This document shows, piece by piece, positions 26,340 to 35,318 of a stretch of 64,000 nt of DNA. Every line of letters begins with the position of its first letter. Within the stretch, counting starts at the first letter, position 1. The stretch is taken from positions 150,543 to 214,542 of the forward strand of contig CAZRCF010000001.1 in the NCBI GenBank assembly GCA_964598505.1, in the 5' to 3' direction. The translations under genes were made by a program, and so were the position numbers. The stretch is from an uncultured Lentimicrobiaceae bacterium. Lineage in GTDB: Bacteria; Bacteroidota; Bacteroidia; Bacteroidales; WCHB1-69. The notes under the pieces are model-generated. The model made no database searches and was not told the origin of the DNA. It was given only the letters and a program-made list of their open reading frames with translations.

Positions 26340-28181
26340 TTATTTAAAAAATACATTTAACAATCCTTTTCCTAATCCAATTATATAACTAGTACTAGCT
26401 TCAATTTTTTGAATTTTAGATTTAGGTAATACAAACGGTTCTTCACTAAATCTTGACATATCTCCTGTAAATGCTTGTTCAATCTGACTTACAAATTTTG
26501 GATCAGTAATTATTTCAGCGTATTTATTCATAGTTCTCCCAGTTCTATTAACTAATTGTGTTAGCGATCCTAAATCTGCTTCTTTTTGACTAACTGGGTT
26601 TATAATTGTAGGTATGTACATTTTATCACATGTTATGTTTATTCCTTCTCTGATAGCATCTGTTGCAAGTACTACTTTTATTATTCGAGCAATAAATAAA
26701 TTTTGAATAATTAAAGAATCGTGGATTCTTGCGGATGATAATTCTTCAGGTCTATATAAGTATCCAATTCCATGTCCTGCAGCTCTTCTTAATCTATCAT
26801 CTGTAATATCATTGATACTTCCTGGACTTGTAATTTGTCTGATGTCAGATTTATGATCAAATATTCCACCTTTTTTAGAAGTTTTTAAGTTTCCCTTAGG
26901 ATCAATATATCCTCGATCTTTTGGAGCTATCATATCGATTAAATCATTTATTCTTTGTTTTCCAAAAATTACAAAAACAATTCCTTCTTTATTTCCGCTT
27001 GCTAAATGAGATGATATAATTTGAGCTTGTTTATGTATATCATTTAATCCACTTTGAGGAGTTATTCTAATGTTTGATGGATTTACAGCTGTTGCAGGAG
27101 TTTGATGAGGCATATTATCAAAAGATCTATTATATGCTATATTAAAATAGTGCATAACATTCGCAGCTGTTATAGGATTTACAGATCCACTCAACATCAC
27201 TATTCTTGCATTTTCTCCATTAGTATTATTCAAAACTTCATGAATATTATCCCCAATTTGTTTTGCTCTTTTATCAGCATCTTTATCTCCACCTTGAAGA
27301 CGTTGTCCTTCATCAAAAACAAGTAATTCTAAATTATTCATATCTGAAATTATTCCACTTGCGGATTCGTAAATTGAAATCACAAATGGTTTTGCAAATT
27401 CAGTTTGATTAATTTTAATAGTATTTACTCCTTCTTCTTTACGACCAACTAATGTATTTCTTACATAGTTAACAACTAATTGACCAAGAGAAGTTTTAAA
27501 TTCTGGTACTCTTTGAATTGGAACTCTTCCATCTCCATTTTGATCACGTTGAATTGAAGACAATATTACTCCTGAAATTTGTCCACCATACGTTGCAAAA
27601 TTTTTTATAATACGTTCAAATGTTAGAGACAATCCTTGTCGAGGATCTTTTGGAAATATTATGTCGCCAGTAGTTGTATCTATTGTGCAAGTTTTGTTTA
27701 ATATTTGTAGAATTATTGTCGTAAATCTTTGGGTTTGTTCTTGTTCAAAATTGGCGTTTAAACTTTTTATAGGAACAAGCCATAATACTTTTGGAATATC
27801 TTGTGGTTTTGATATAAGTTTTTCTAAATTTGTTATAGTTGTTGAACTTAATTGTTTTTCTTCAGTATTTATGCCAAGAATTTTATTAACCCAATACCAG
27901 ATTACTGGATATGTTTTACCACTACCTGGTTGAGATAATATATAAACATCTTTTTTCTTTCCAGTGCTTGCGGTTTGTTCAAGCTTATGAACAATTTGTA
28001 GTTGCCAATCCCTTAGTTTATAATCTGCTATTTGAATAGGATTGTTTAAAACATCTAATGTTCCTGGACTAGGAGATGCAAATCCAACTGGTATTGGAAA
28101 ATTTACAGGTGATCCATATCCAGTTCTATCATAACTTTGTTGAGCAAATATACCTTCAAATATTGGTGATATGTATTTCAT
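26340..28181 (-). CDS. superfamily 2 helicase (DExx box)
   Basis: Walker A QPGSGKT, motif II LVFDEGQR, C-terminal helicase motifs TDAIREGINI and NRTGR. Confidence 0.75.
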   Translation of the reverse strand: MKYISPIFEGIFAQQSYDRTGYGSPVNFPIPVGFASPSPGTLDVLNNPIQIADYKLRDWQLQIVHKLEQTASTGKKKDVYILSQPGSGKTYPVIWYWVNKILGINTEEKQLSSTTITNLEKLISKPQDIPKVLWLVPIKSLNANFEQEQTQRFTTIILQILNKTCTIDTTTGDIIFPKDPRQGLSLTFERIIKNFATYGGQISGVILSSIQRDQNGDGRVPIQRVPEFKTSLGQLVVNYVRNTLVGRKEEGVNTIKINQTEFAKPFVISIYESASGIISDMNNLELLVFDEGQRLQGGDKDADKRAKQIGDNIHEVLNNTNGENARIVMLSGSVNPITAANVMHYFNIAYNRSFDNMPHQTPATAVNPSNIRITPQSGLNDIHKQAQIISSHLASGNKEGIVFVIFGKQRINDLIDMIAPKDRGYIDPKGNLKTSKKGGIFDHKSDIRQITSPGSINDITDDRLRRAAGHGIGYLYRPEELSSARIHDSLIIQNLFIARIIKVVLATDAIREGINITCDKMYIPTIINPVSQKEADLGSLTQLVNRTGRTMNKYAEIITDPKFVSQIEQAFTGDMSRFSEEPFVLPKSKIQKIEASTSYIIGLGKGLLNVFFK

Positions 28182-28196
28182 AATGACTCCAAATAT

Positions 28197-29504
28197 TTAT
28201 TTTGTTGCTGCATAAATTGCCGTTAATGCATCATACTTAATTGTATATGGACATTTATTTGCAGACGTTACAGATGTCCACATTGATTTTGCATATTTCG
28301 GATGCATTTTTGTTTTAGCTTCTTCTTGAGCTTCTTTTGTGAATAAGGCCACTACAGCCATTGCGTCACCATCGAAGTCACCACCAACCCTATCAAGATC
28401 TAGTGGATTTAATGACATTGTAATACCTTCTCTTTTAACTCTTACGTTGGCTGCTAGCCATGAGTCTCTATTTTCGACGGGATCGCGTTTGTATATAATA
28501 ACTTTATCTTTAACAATATCTTCGGCTACATGCACAAAATAATCAACCATGTCTTCTGGAATGATTTCAGGTTTGTCTATTGCCGCAGCAAAAAGTTTCT
28601 TTAAATCAATAACATCAATATCAACATCTGATTTTAATAAATATTGAATTGACTTTAACATATTTCTGTCTCTTTTTAAAATATGATTTATTGCGAATGG
28701 TTCAAATAGTTTTAATACAACTGCCCAATGTAATCCAACTGTGCCCAAGGGCAACGTGTTATCCGTTGTAATAATTAATCTTCCAGAGTAGTCAACTACT
28801 TTTCTCATTAACCCACCACGAATCAAACCAGATTTACCTTTAAGACGATTCTTAATCCAATTATTAATTTCTAAAACAGTTTTCTGAATTTGTTCTATAA
28901 TTGGTCTTTTAATTTCATCAGGAAGAGTTTTAAAATCTGATCCAAGTGTATTTGTATGTCTAATTAAATTTGTATATAATTCGGACAGATCTGAAAAATT
29001 AACAAGTGTTTTATTCGTAGTTTTTGAGATAGATAGATCTCTGATTCCTGCCGGTAAAATCAAATATTTATCAATAAATATTTTATCTTTATTGTTTTTT
29101 ATAAAAGCAACATTTTTTGGTCTATTCTTTTTGAAATTATCAAGATCTATTTTCTTAAATATCGATATAAAATAATCTGTTCCTGAAGAACCTTTTTCTG
29201 AATCTTCAATAAGTACACCTTCTTTATTTACAATGTATTGCGCTTTTGATGTTATAAGTTTAGATATTGAAGGATCTAATCCAGTTATAAGTGAATATGC
29301 TTCAGGATGTATAATTGGAACTTTGAGATTTACATATGCAAATCTTTTCCTACGTTCATTTGATCCAAATTTGCCAAAAATTTCCTCTGAGAATAACCCA
29401 TTTGGATCAGTCTTCTCAAGTTTTTCATATAGCCGAATTGTTGATACCGGCTTGAGCTTATTGTCCTCTATATATTTATCAATATTAAGCAATTCAAGTT
29501 TCAT
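28197..29504 (-). CDS. multisubunit RNA polymerase beta-prime homolog, N-terminal catalytic module
   Basis: LKGKSGLIRGGLMRKVVDYSGRLII ([23 protein letters not shown]) and the catalytic GGDFDGDAMAV (NADFDGDQMAV). Confidence 0.85.
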   Translation of the reverse strand: MKLELLNIDKYIEDNKLKPVSTIRLYEKLEKTDPNGLFSEEIFGKFGSNERRKRFAYVNLKVPIIHPEAYSLITGLDPSISKLITSKAQYIVNKEGVLIEDSEKGSSGTDYFISIFKKIDLDNFKKNRPKNVAFIKNNKDKIFIDKYLILPAGIRDLSISKTTNKTLVNFSDLSELYTNLIRHTNTLGSDFKTLPDEIKRPIIEQIQKTVLEINNWIKNRLKGKSGLIRGGLMRKVVDYSGRLIITTDNTLPLGTVGLHWAVVLKLFEPFAINHILKRDRNMLKSIQYLLKSDVDIDVIDLKKLFAAAIDKPEIIPEDMVDYFVHVAEDIVKDKVIIYKRDPVENRDSWLAANVRVKREGITMSLNPLDLDRVGGDFDGDAMAVVALFTKEAQEEAKTKMHPKYAKSMWTSVTSANKCPYTIKYDALTAIYAATK

Positions 29505-29531
29505 AATTATATAACTCCTTAAAATTATTTA

Positions 29532-29831
29532 CTAACTATTTGCAAATGTATCATCACTTCCACTTACTATTGTGCCTACTAAACATCCGGTAACAGTGTC
29601 ATCAATTCTAGCGACACCTATTTCATTAATTTTTACAATATCACTAGCCGAAGAAATAACACCAGTATGTCCACAAGCACCAACAACAATGTCCCCCAAT
29701 CTAGCAACTCCTAGTTCATTTGAATTTACATCTCCACTAGATGTTGTGATCGTTCCAGTCATTGGAATTGGAGTTAAATGACATACACAAACTCCTGCAA
29801 AAAGATCAGTTAATCTAGCAACCTTTCGCAT
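29532..29831 (-). CDS. PAAR-domain protein (spike-tip sharpening protein)
   Basis: Repeated ARLTD / ARLGD / ARIDD motifs with conserved C/H positions, in a 99-aa protein. Confidence 0.7.
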   Translation of the reverse strand: MRKVARLTDLFAGVCVCHLTPIPMTGTITTSSGDVNSNELGVARLGDIVVGACGHTGVISSASDIVKINEIGVARIDDTVTGCLVGTIVSGSDDTFANS

Positions 29832-29851
29832 AATTAATTACCTCTTTAAAT

Positions 29852-30517
29852 TTATTTATAAAGAACGTTTTTGTATACTTGTTTTAATTCATCATAAACA
29901 TTTTGTTCGAAATTATCATTTGTTATATCTAAATCTTCTAAAATTTTCATTAAATAAACATTGTCTTCCTGACCCATCCAAATTTTTTCATATGTTTTTT
30001 GTTTGTAACCATTATCCTGACGAAAACGATTAAGAACATTTTTTCCCATATATAATTTATAAATCTTATTAGTATCCATATTAAGTGTAGAACATAAATC
30101 AATAAAAGATTCAAGATGAAATTTATGATCTCTTAATGTCCAAAATGCTAACATTTCTGTTTCTCTTTGAACATATTTTAGATCAATACCAGCTAATATT
30201 TCAAATTTATCTTTAAAAGCTAAAAATGTATTTTCAACACATTTGTCTATACTAATATAACAAGCTGTCATCATATCCGACATTGCAAAATGCCAAATAT
30301 CAATTAGTTCCATTTCAATATCTTGTAAACTTACATCTTGTTTCTTCCACCATTTCCAATTAGTATAATCTATTAATTCTGCTAATTCTGTCCAAATTGC
30401 TCTATACCATCTAAGGTCTCTATTGGTTTTCCAATCTGGTCCGTTTGTGTGAATATTTAATTCATTTTGTTTCTCAAACATTTTCTTGATTAAAGATTTA
30501 GTTATTTCGTCTGACAT
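29852..30517 (-). CDS. dut: dimeric (all-alpha) dUTPase family NTP pyrophosphatase
   Basis: Pattern Q.ELN...NG.DW....L.W.RAIW.E.AELID...WKWWKK.....D..ME.IDIWHF matches dimeric dUTPases of the Campylobacter type. Confidence 0.7.
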   Translation of the reverse strand: MSDEITKSLIKKMFEKQNELNIHTNGPDWKTNRDLRWYRAIWTELAELIDYTNWKWWKKQDVSLQDIEMELIDIWHFAMSDMMTACYISIDKCVENTFLAFKDKFEILAGIDLKYVQRETEMLAFWTLRDHKFHLESFIDLCSTLNMDTNKIYKLYMGKNVLNRFRQDNGYKQKTYEKIWMGQEDNVYLMKILEDLDITNDNFEQNVYDELKQVYKNVLYK

Positions 30518-30537
30518 TTATGCCTCCAAAAAGATTT

Positions 30538-30572
30538 ATATCGGCAAGATCAAGTTAAGATCTTGCCGATAT
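30538..30572 (-). terminator. terminator; CGGCAAGATC palindromic element
   Basis: 14-bp stem ATATCGGCAAGATC/GATCTTGCCGATAT with loop AAGTTAA. Located downstream of queE. Confidence 0.7.
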
Positions 30573-30579
30573 ATTTAAT

Positions 30580-31458
30580 TTATATAATTGGAATAGAAAC
30601 ACATTTTGATTTTCTTACATCAACATACTCGTCTCTATGCTTGAAGTTATTAAATACCCAAACATGTGCTCGAGGACTAAATACATATCCTTTTCTCATA
30701 CAATAATCAATTGTATCATAACTAGATTTTCTAAAGTCTTCTAGAAATTTCATTTCAGTCTTATATTCCAAATAATCTGGAGTTAAAGGCATTATACAAA
30801 TATTACAAACATAAGGAATGTCTGTAATAAATTTATTAATTAATTCTTCTTCAGCTTTAGAATATACAAATTTCCAAGTAATTGTAGTTGGTGTTTCTTC
30901 TAATATTTTCCGATACGATTCTCTATAATTCTCATCAAATAATGAAATTATATCATCAACTGTTTTAATCTTATCAGACCTATAATAACTAGGATCTAGC
31001 TTAGGGGATATATTAATTTGTATAGTTTTATCCCAATGATAGAAAAGCATTTTGTCAGTATTGCTGTTTAACAATACTCCATTTGTTTCAATTTCAATTT
31101 TAGTAATATTCTTTAAATTGGTGTTTTTGTTATATATTAAACTTCCAATAAATTCTTTATTCATTAGAGGTTCACCACCAGTTAGAAGAATGGTGTTGAT
31201 TTGAAATTTATTCAAGAATTGTTCATTCAGATAATTTATAAAATCATCTATGCTTGTTTCATCAACAGTGAACGGCAAGATCTTATTTCTAGAACTAAAT
31301 TTCTTAACATCTTTAATCTTTAAATTATTTGACCATGAGGTATCACACCATTCACAATCTAAATTACAATTGCCCATTCTAATGAGTAATACTGGTGTTC
31401 CCACGCTAGGACCTTCACCTTGTACCGTAGGAATTAACTGACTAATAATTGTTTTCAT
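30580..31458 (-). CDS. queE: 7-carboxy-7-deazaguanine synthase QueE (radical SAM)
   Basis: TVQGEGPSVGTPVLLIRMGNCNLDCEWCDT matches the QueE N-terminal signature with the CxxxCxxC-type cluster. GGAGG SD upstream. Confidence 0.85.
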   Translation of the reverse strand: MKTIISQLIPTVQGEGPSVGTPVLLIRMGNCNLDCEWCDTSWSNNLKIKDVKKFSSRNKILPFTVDETSIDDFINYLNEQFLNKFQINTILLTGGEPLMNKEFIGSLIYNKNTNLKNITKIEIETNGVLLNSNTDKMLFYHWDKTIQINISPKLDPSYYRSDKIKTVDDIISLFDENYRESYRKILEETPTTITWKFVYSKAEEELINKFITDIPYVCNICIMPLTPDYLEYKTEMKFLEDFRKSSYDTIDYCMRKGYVFSPRAHVWVFNNFKHRDEYVDVRKSKCVSIPII

Positions 31459-31848
31459 TTATATTTTCGCCTCCTCAACTTTAACTTTTATATCTTTTAA
31501 GGATTTTAATTTTCTAATAAATTCAACTGAACTTATTTTCCTAGTCCAATGAAGAATTAAAATGTCAATATTTAAATAAATCCATTTTTGGAGATTTCTT
31601 TTATTTTTTCCCATAATAGATTTATTAACTTTATTTGGTTTTACATCAATAATATCTCCAGATCTATTAAATACTACATCACACATATCATCTAAATTTG
31701 TTTTTGTATTATTTGGTGCTGCTTTTAGTCGAATATCATGTGGGATATGTTTATCATCAGGAACAAATTGAACCCAGATGGTTGTTCCTATTCCAGTTTC
31801 ATCTGGAGGAATATTTGCAAATTCAAATAATTCTGCAACTGGTAACAT
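31459..31848 (-). CDS. hypothetical protein (129 aa)
   Basis: ORF track; GGAGGCGAAATAATG start context. Confidence 0.55.
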   Translation of the reverse strand: MLPVAELFEFANIPPDETGIGTTIWVQFVPDDKHIPHDIRLKAAPNNTKTNLDDMCDVVFNRSGDIIDVKPNKVNKSIMGKNKRNLQKWIYLNIDILILHWTRKISSVEFIRKLKSLKDIKVKVEEAKI

Positions 31849-32033
31849 TATTTCGCCTCCGATCTTTCTTTAGCTTCTCTAATTAGTGTCGAATGAGTTG
31901 TAACTCCTAATTTCTTAAGAATAATATCTAAAATATTGTGATCTAATTTATATTCTGTTAATTTTAAATATCTTATAAGGGTCTGTCGAAGAATTAATAG
32001 CTCTTCACTATTTAATTCTATTACTTTATTCAC
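31848..32033 (-). CDS. hypothetical protein (61 aa)
   Basis: ORF track; GGAGGCGAAGTG context upstream. Confidence 0.5.
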   Translation of the reverse strand: MNKVIELNSEELLILRQTLIRYLKLTEYKLDHNILDIILKKLGVTTHSTLIREAKERSEAK

Positions 32034-32383
32034 TTCGCCTCCTTAAATAACTCTTCTATTTTAAAATCTATTTCTTGTATTATATTATCATTAAATTTGT
32101 CTTGATTAATTCCATGAATCTCAATTTCAAAATCATCTCTCCAATCTAAATAAAGTTCTACATTTTTACATTTATCAAAAGATTCAATAATAATTTTATT
32201 AATCTGTTCTTTAAGTTTTTGACATTTTTTAAACATATCAAAATTATGTTTAATATCTGGATATTCATTTATAAATTTTAATAATTCTTCATCGGTTTTA
32301 AATCCGAAACTACCTATTCCAATAGGTTTATCAAAATTTATTCTTAAAGTTTGTTCGTATCTAAAATCGTGAGCTGGTTCCAT
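32030..32383 (-). CDS. hypothetical protein (117 aa)
   Basis: ORF track; AGAGGAAATGAATG start context. Confidence 0.55.
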   Translation of the reverse strand: MEPAHDFRYEQTLRINFDKPIGIGSFGFKTDEELLKFINEYPDIKHNFDMFKKCQKLKEQINKIIIESFDKCKNVELYLDWRDDFEIEIHGINQDKFNDNIIQEIDFKIEELFKEAK

Positions 32384-32396
32384 TCATTTCCTCTTT

Positions 32397-32570
32397 CTAT
32401 TCACATCTTTTAATTGATTTGACTTTGTGTATTTGCATTTTGATATTCTTGTTGGATTTTATAAATTTTGTCGCTTCTGGTTCATTTTTAAAAATCAAAT
32501 CACAATATTGATTATTTTCATACCAAGCAACAATAAATACATTGACTTCAGTTTCAATTAAATTAGGCAT
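32397..32570 (-). CDS. small hypothetical protein (57 aa)
   Basis: Hand translation gives MPNLIETEVNVFIVAWYENNQ... The ATG overlaps the end of the receiver-domain gene (AATGCCTAA). Confidence 0.35.
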   Translation of the reverse strand: MPNLIETEVNVFIVAWYENNQYCDLIFKNEPEATKFIKSNKNIKMQIHKVKSIKRCE

Positions 32571-32955
32571 TCAATATCTCTCTTATTTTTCGTGATAAAT
32601 CTTCTAATAAAAATGGTTTTTGAATAAATCCATTGTAACCATTTTTCATAATATTATTCACATCAGTTAAACAACATCCGCTCGAAATAATAACTTTAAT
32701 ATTTGGATTAATTTCTCTAAGCATATCAAAGGTATCACTACCAGATAATCCTGGCATAAGCATATCCATAATAACAAGACTTATTTTTTCTTGATTTTCT
32801 ATATAAATATCAAGACCTTCTTGTCCACCATTAGCGGTAAAGACTATATAACCAAGATATTCTAATAAATCTTTATAAAGTTTCGAAGTATTTTTTTCAT
32901 CGTCAATTGTAAGAATTATTATGTCTTTTTTATTAGGTTCTAATGTTGTTCTCAT
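32563..32955 (-). CDS. stand-alone response-regulator receiver (CheY-like REC) domain protein
   Basis: All REC signature positions are present: acidic pair TIDDE, phospho-acceptor Asp in VIMDMLMPG, S in IISSG, K-P in IQKPF. 130 aa with no output domain. Confidence 0.8.
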   Translation of the reverse strand: MRTTLEPNKKDIIILTIDDEKNTSKLYKDLLEYLGYIVFTANGGQEGLDIYIENQEKISLVIMDMLMPGLSGSDTFDMLREINPNIKVIISSGCCLTDVNNIMKNGYNGFIQKPFLLEDLSRKIREILNA

Positions 32956-32974
32956 AATATTGTTCCTCTAATAA

Positions 32975-34525
32975 TTAATTTTGTCGAATTTCTGCAAAAC
33001 TTTTTGCTTTTTCCCAATTATTTTTATTTGTTGTTGAATCGCTAATTGGTTTGGTTTTAAGTCTCTTGCCGATACAAATGTCACATTTACCACATTCTTT
33101 AGTTCTTGTATAGTCGTTAAAATAATCAAGAATTTGTAGCATGCGGCAAGATCTAGTATTACTAACAAATTCGGACATATCAGTAAGAACATCAAATTTA
33201 GCTCTTCTCTTTTCTTCTAGAGTATTAAAATTAAAATATTCATCAAGAGATCTATTATGATCTATTTTATATTTACCTCTTCCAATGGTTTCGATAAAAC
33301 CATTTTCTCTTAATTTGGAAACACATCCACTGGTGTAACAACCTTTCATAAAAGAACTGCATTGTTCTTCCATTTCTTTTTGAGTCATTAATAGCATAGC
33401 ATTATCATCTACATTATCACAACACCATTGCCAAAAAGATCTAATATCTTCATTAGGTGGATATGACATTTCAATAAAGAATTTTTGTAATCCAATGTCT
33501 CTAAAGACATCAAAATATACAATACATTCTGCGCCTTTTCCATCTCTTGAAGCCCGTCCAATTTCCTGATAATAGTTTTCTACACTAGCTGGCATACCAG
33601 CATGAATCACGAAGCGAACGTCTGATTTATCTATTCCCATACCAAATGCAACTGTTGCAACTACAATTCCACCATTTTTAAACCAATTGGTTTGAGTTGA
33701 TTCTCTAGTTTTATCATCTAATCCAGCATGATATAATACAGCTGGAATATTTTCATTTATTAATTTTTCATTTATTTCATCTGCTAATTTTCTAGTAGGT
33801 GCATAAATGATTCCAGTTTTTATTCCAGAGTGAATGTAACCAGATGTTTTCTTTACAATGTGATCAATTTTCGAGGAAGCATTGCAGGTTTTGACTGAAA
33901 GTTCCAGATCTGGCCGGTAAAATCCTTGAATAAATTTCTTAGCTTTTAAAATATTTAATTGTTTACATATGTCTTTTTGAACTCTAGCAGTTGCAGTTGC
34001 TGTTAAAGCTATTACTTGTCTAGGTTCTAAAAATTCAATAGTATCTTTGAGTAATCTATAACTTGGTCTAAAATCGTGACCCCAACTGGAAATACAATGA
34101 GCTTCGTCTACTGCAAATAATTCAATTTTATTTGTCATTTTTAAGGCTTGAGTAAATCTTTGATCACTAAATCTTTCAGGAGCTATATAAAGAAGTTTTA
34201 CTTCTTGTCTTACTAATTTCTGGTGAATTATTTTCTTTTCAAATTCTAGTAGACTTGAATTATAAAATTCAGCAGTAATTCCTTTTGATTTTAAATAATC
34301 AACTTGATCTTTCATTAAACTTATTAGCGGCGAAATCACTATTGATAATCCATCCATGAGTAAAGAAGGAATCTGATATAATAAACTCTTTCCTGCTCCT
34401 GTTGGAAATACTGCTAATACTCCTTTATTTTCAATATCAAATATTGAATCAATAACTTCTGCTTGTGCATCTCTAAATGATTCAAATCCAAATACTTCTT
34501 TTAGAACTGTTTCTTTATCTAACAT
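32975..34525 (-). CDS. recQ: RecQ-family ATP-dependent DNA helicase
   Basis: FGFESFRDAQ, PTGAGKS, DEAHCISSWGHDFRPSY, and a RecQ zinc-binding Cys cluster CRM..L.....CGKCDIC. Confidence 0.9.
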   Translation of the reverse strand: MLDKETVLKEVFGFESFRDAQAEVIDSIFDIENKGVLAVFPTGAGKSLLYQIPSLLMDGLSIVISPLISLMKDQVDYLKSKGITAEFYNSSLLEFEKKIIHQKLVRQEVKLLYIAPERFSDQRFTQALKMTNKIELFAVDEAHCISSWGHDFRPSYRLLKDTIEFLEPRQVIALTATATARVQKDICKQLNILKAKKFIQGFYRPDLELSVKTCNASSKIDHIVKKTSGYIHSGIKTGIIYAPTRKLADEINEKLINENIPAVLYHAGLDDKTRESTQTNWFKNGGIVVATVAFGMGIDKSDVRFVIHAGMPASVENYYQEIGRASRDGKGAECIVYFDVFRDIGLQKFFIEMSYPPNEDIRSFWQWCCDNVDDNAMLLMTQKEMEEQCSSFMKGCYTSGCVSKLRENGFIETIGRGKYKIDHNRSLDEYFNFNTLEEKRRAKFDVLTDMSEFVSNTRSCRMLQILDYFNDYTRTKECGKCDICIGKRLKTKPISDSTTNKNNWEKAKSFAEIRQN

Positions 34526-34542
34526 TTCTTCCCCTTTATATT

Positions 34543-34824
34543 TTAAAGGTTTTTTAAATTTAAGCGAGTATAAAATATAACAGAATCTTCTTCTGAATCA
34601 CCTTCACCATTACAATCGTACCAAGTATTATATCCTGAAAGATGGTAATGTTGTGGATTACTACATTTTGGAAATTCAACTAAAATCGGTCTTAAAACAT
34701 CTTCAAACGCTTCAATTGAAACTACTTTTCCAACTCCAAATTTTTCACTAATTGCAAGATCACCAATATTAATTAGTTTTTTATTTTTATTTAAGACCTG
34801 TGCTTGTTTTGTATAATTTGCCAT
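34543..34824 (-). CDS. hypothetical protein (93 aa)
   Basis: ORF track; packed array. Confidence 0.5.
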   Translation of the reverse strand: MANYTKQAQVLNKNKKLINIGDLAISEKFGVGKVVSIEAFEDVLRPILVEFPKCSNPQHYHLSGYNTWYDCNGEGDSEEDSVIFYTRLNLKNL

Positions 34825-34998
34825 TTAACAAGTTACCTCCTCTAAAGTTTGACAATTGCAACATTTAAAATTATCCCATGATTTACGACAGAAATGAGTA
34901 CCACTAATTGCTCGATAATCATCTCCATCTTCTCGAATATCCCCATATTCATGTTTACACTTTTCAATATGAGAACAATTTAAACAATAATCCTCCAT
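34825..34998 (-). CDS. small Cys-rich protein (57 aa)
   Basis: Start set at MEDYCLNCSHIEKC with AGGAGAA upstream. Contains CxxC, C, and CCNC. Confidence 0.45.
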   Translation of the reverse strand: MEDYCLNCSHIEKCKHEYGDIREDGDDYRAISGTHFCRKSWDNFKCCNCQTLEEVTC

Positions 34999-35008
34999 AT
35001 TAGTTCTC

Positions 35009-35311
35009 CTATTCTGATATTTCGAAACAAATATTATCTTCATTTTGATCACAATATAGTGGTATCCAATTTATCCAAGTTTCAAATATATGATCCCACT
35101 TTTGTATGTAACCAAATGGATCATTTTGAATTGTATATTGCACTTTATCTAACTCGTGAAAATTAATTTGTTGTTTGAAATTTAATCTAATTTCTGTAGA
35201 GGGCATTAGATCTTTTGCTTGTTCATTTGTTTTAACATTTAACCATGTTCTTATAATTTTAGAGCAATATGTTGAGAATATAATATCACCGATTTGAAGT
35301 TTGTCCACCAT
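35009..35311 (-). CDS. hypothetical protein (100 aa)
   Basis: Start set at MVDKLQIGD with AGGAGG just upstream, avoiding a 38-nt overlap with the dpdA-like gene. Confidence 0.5.
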   Translation of the reverse strand: MVDKLQIGDIIFSTYCSKIIRTWLNVKTNEQAKDLMPSTEIRLNFKQQINFHELDKVQYTIQNDPFGYIQKWDHIFETWINWIPLYCDQNEDNICFEISE

Positions 35312-35318
35312 TTGCCTC

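Noticed and set aside
32968-33195. Nested or overlapping minus-strand ORFs 32968..33195, 7684..7890, 20134..20331 and 49284..49481.
   Set aside because: They are out-of-frame overlaps inside recQ, queC, the PD-(D/E)xK-like gene and the beta N-module respectively, with no independent start signals.
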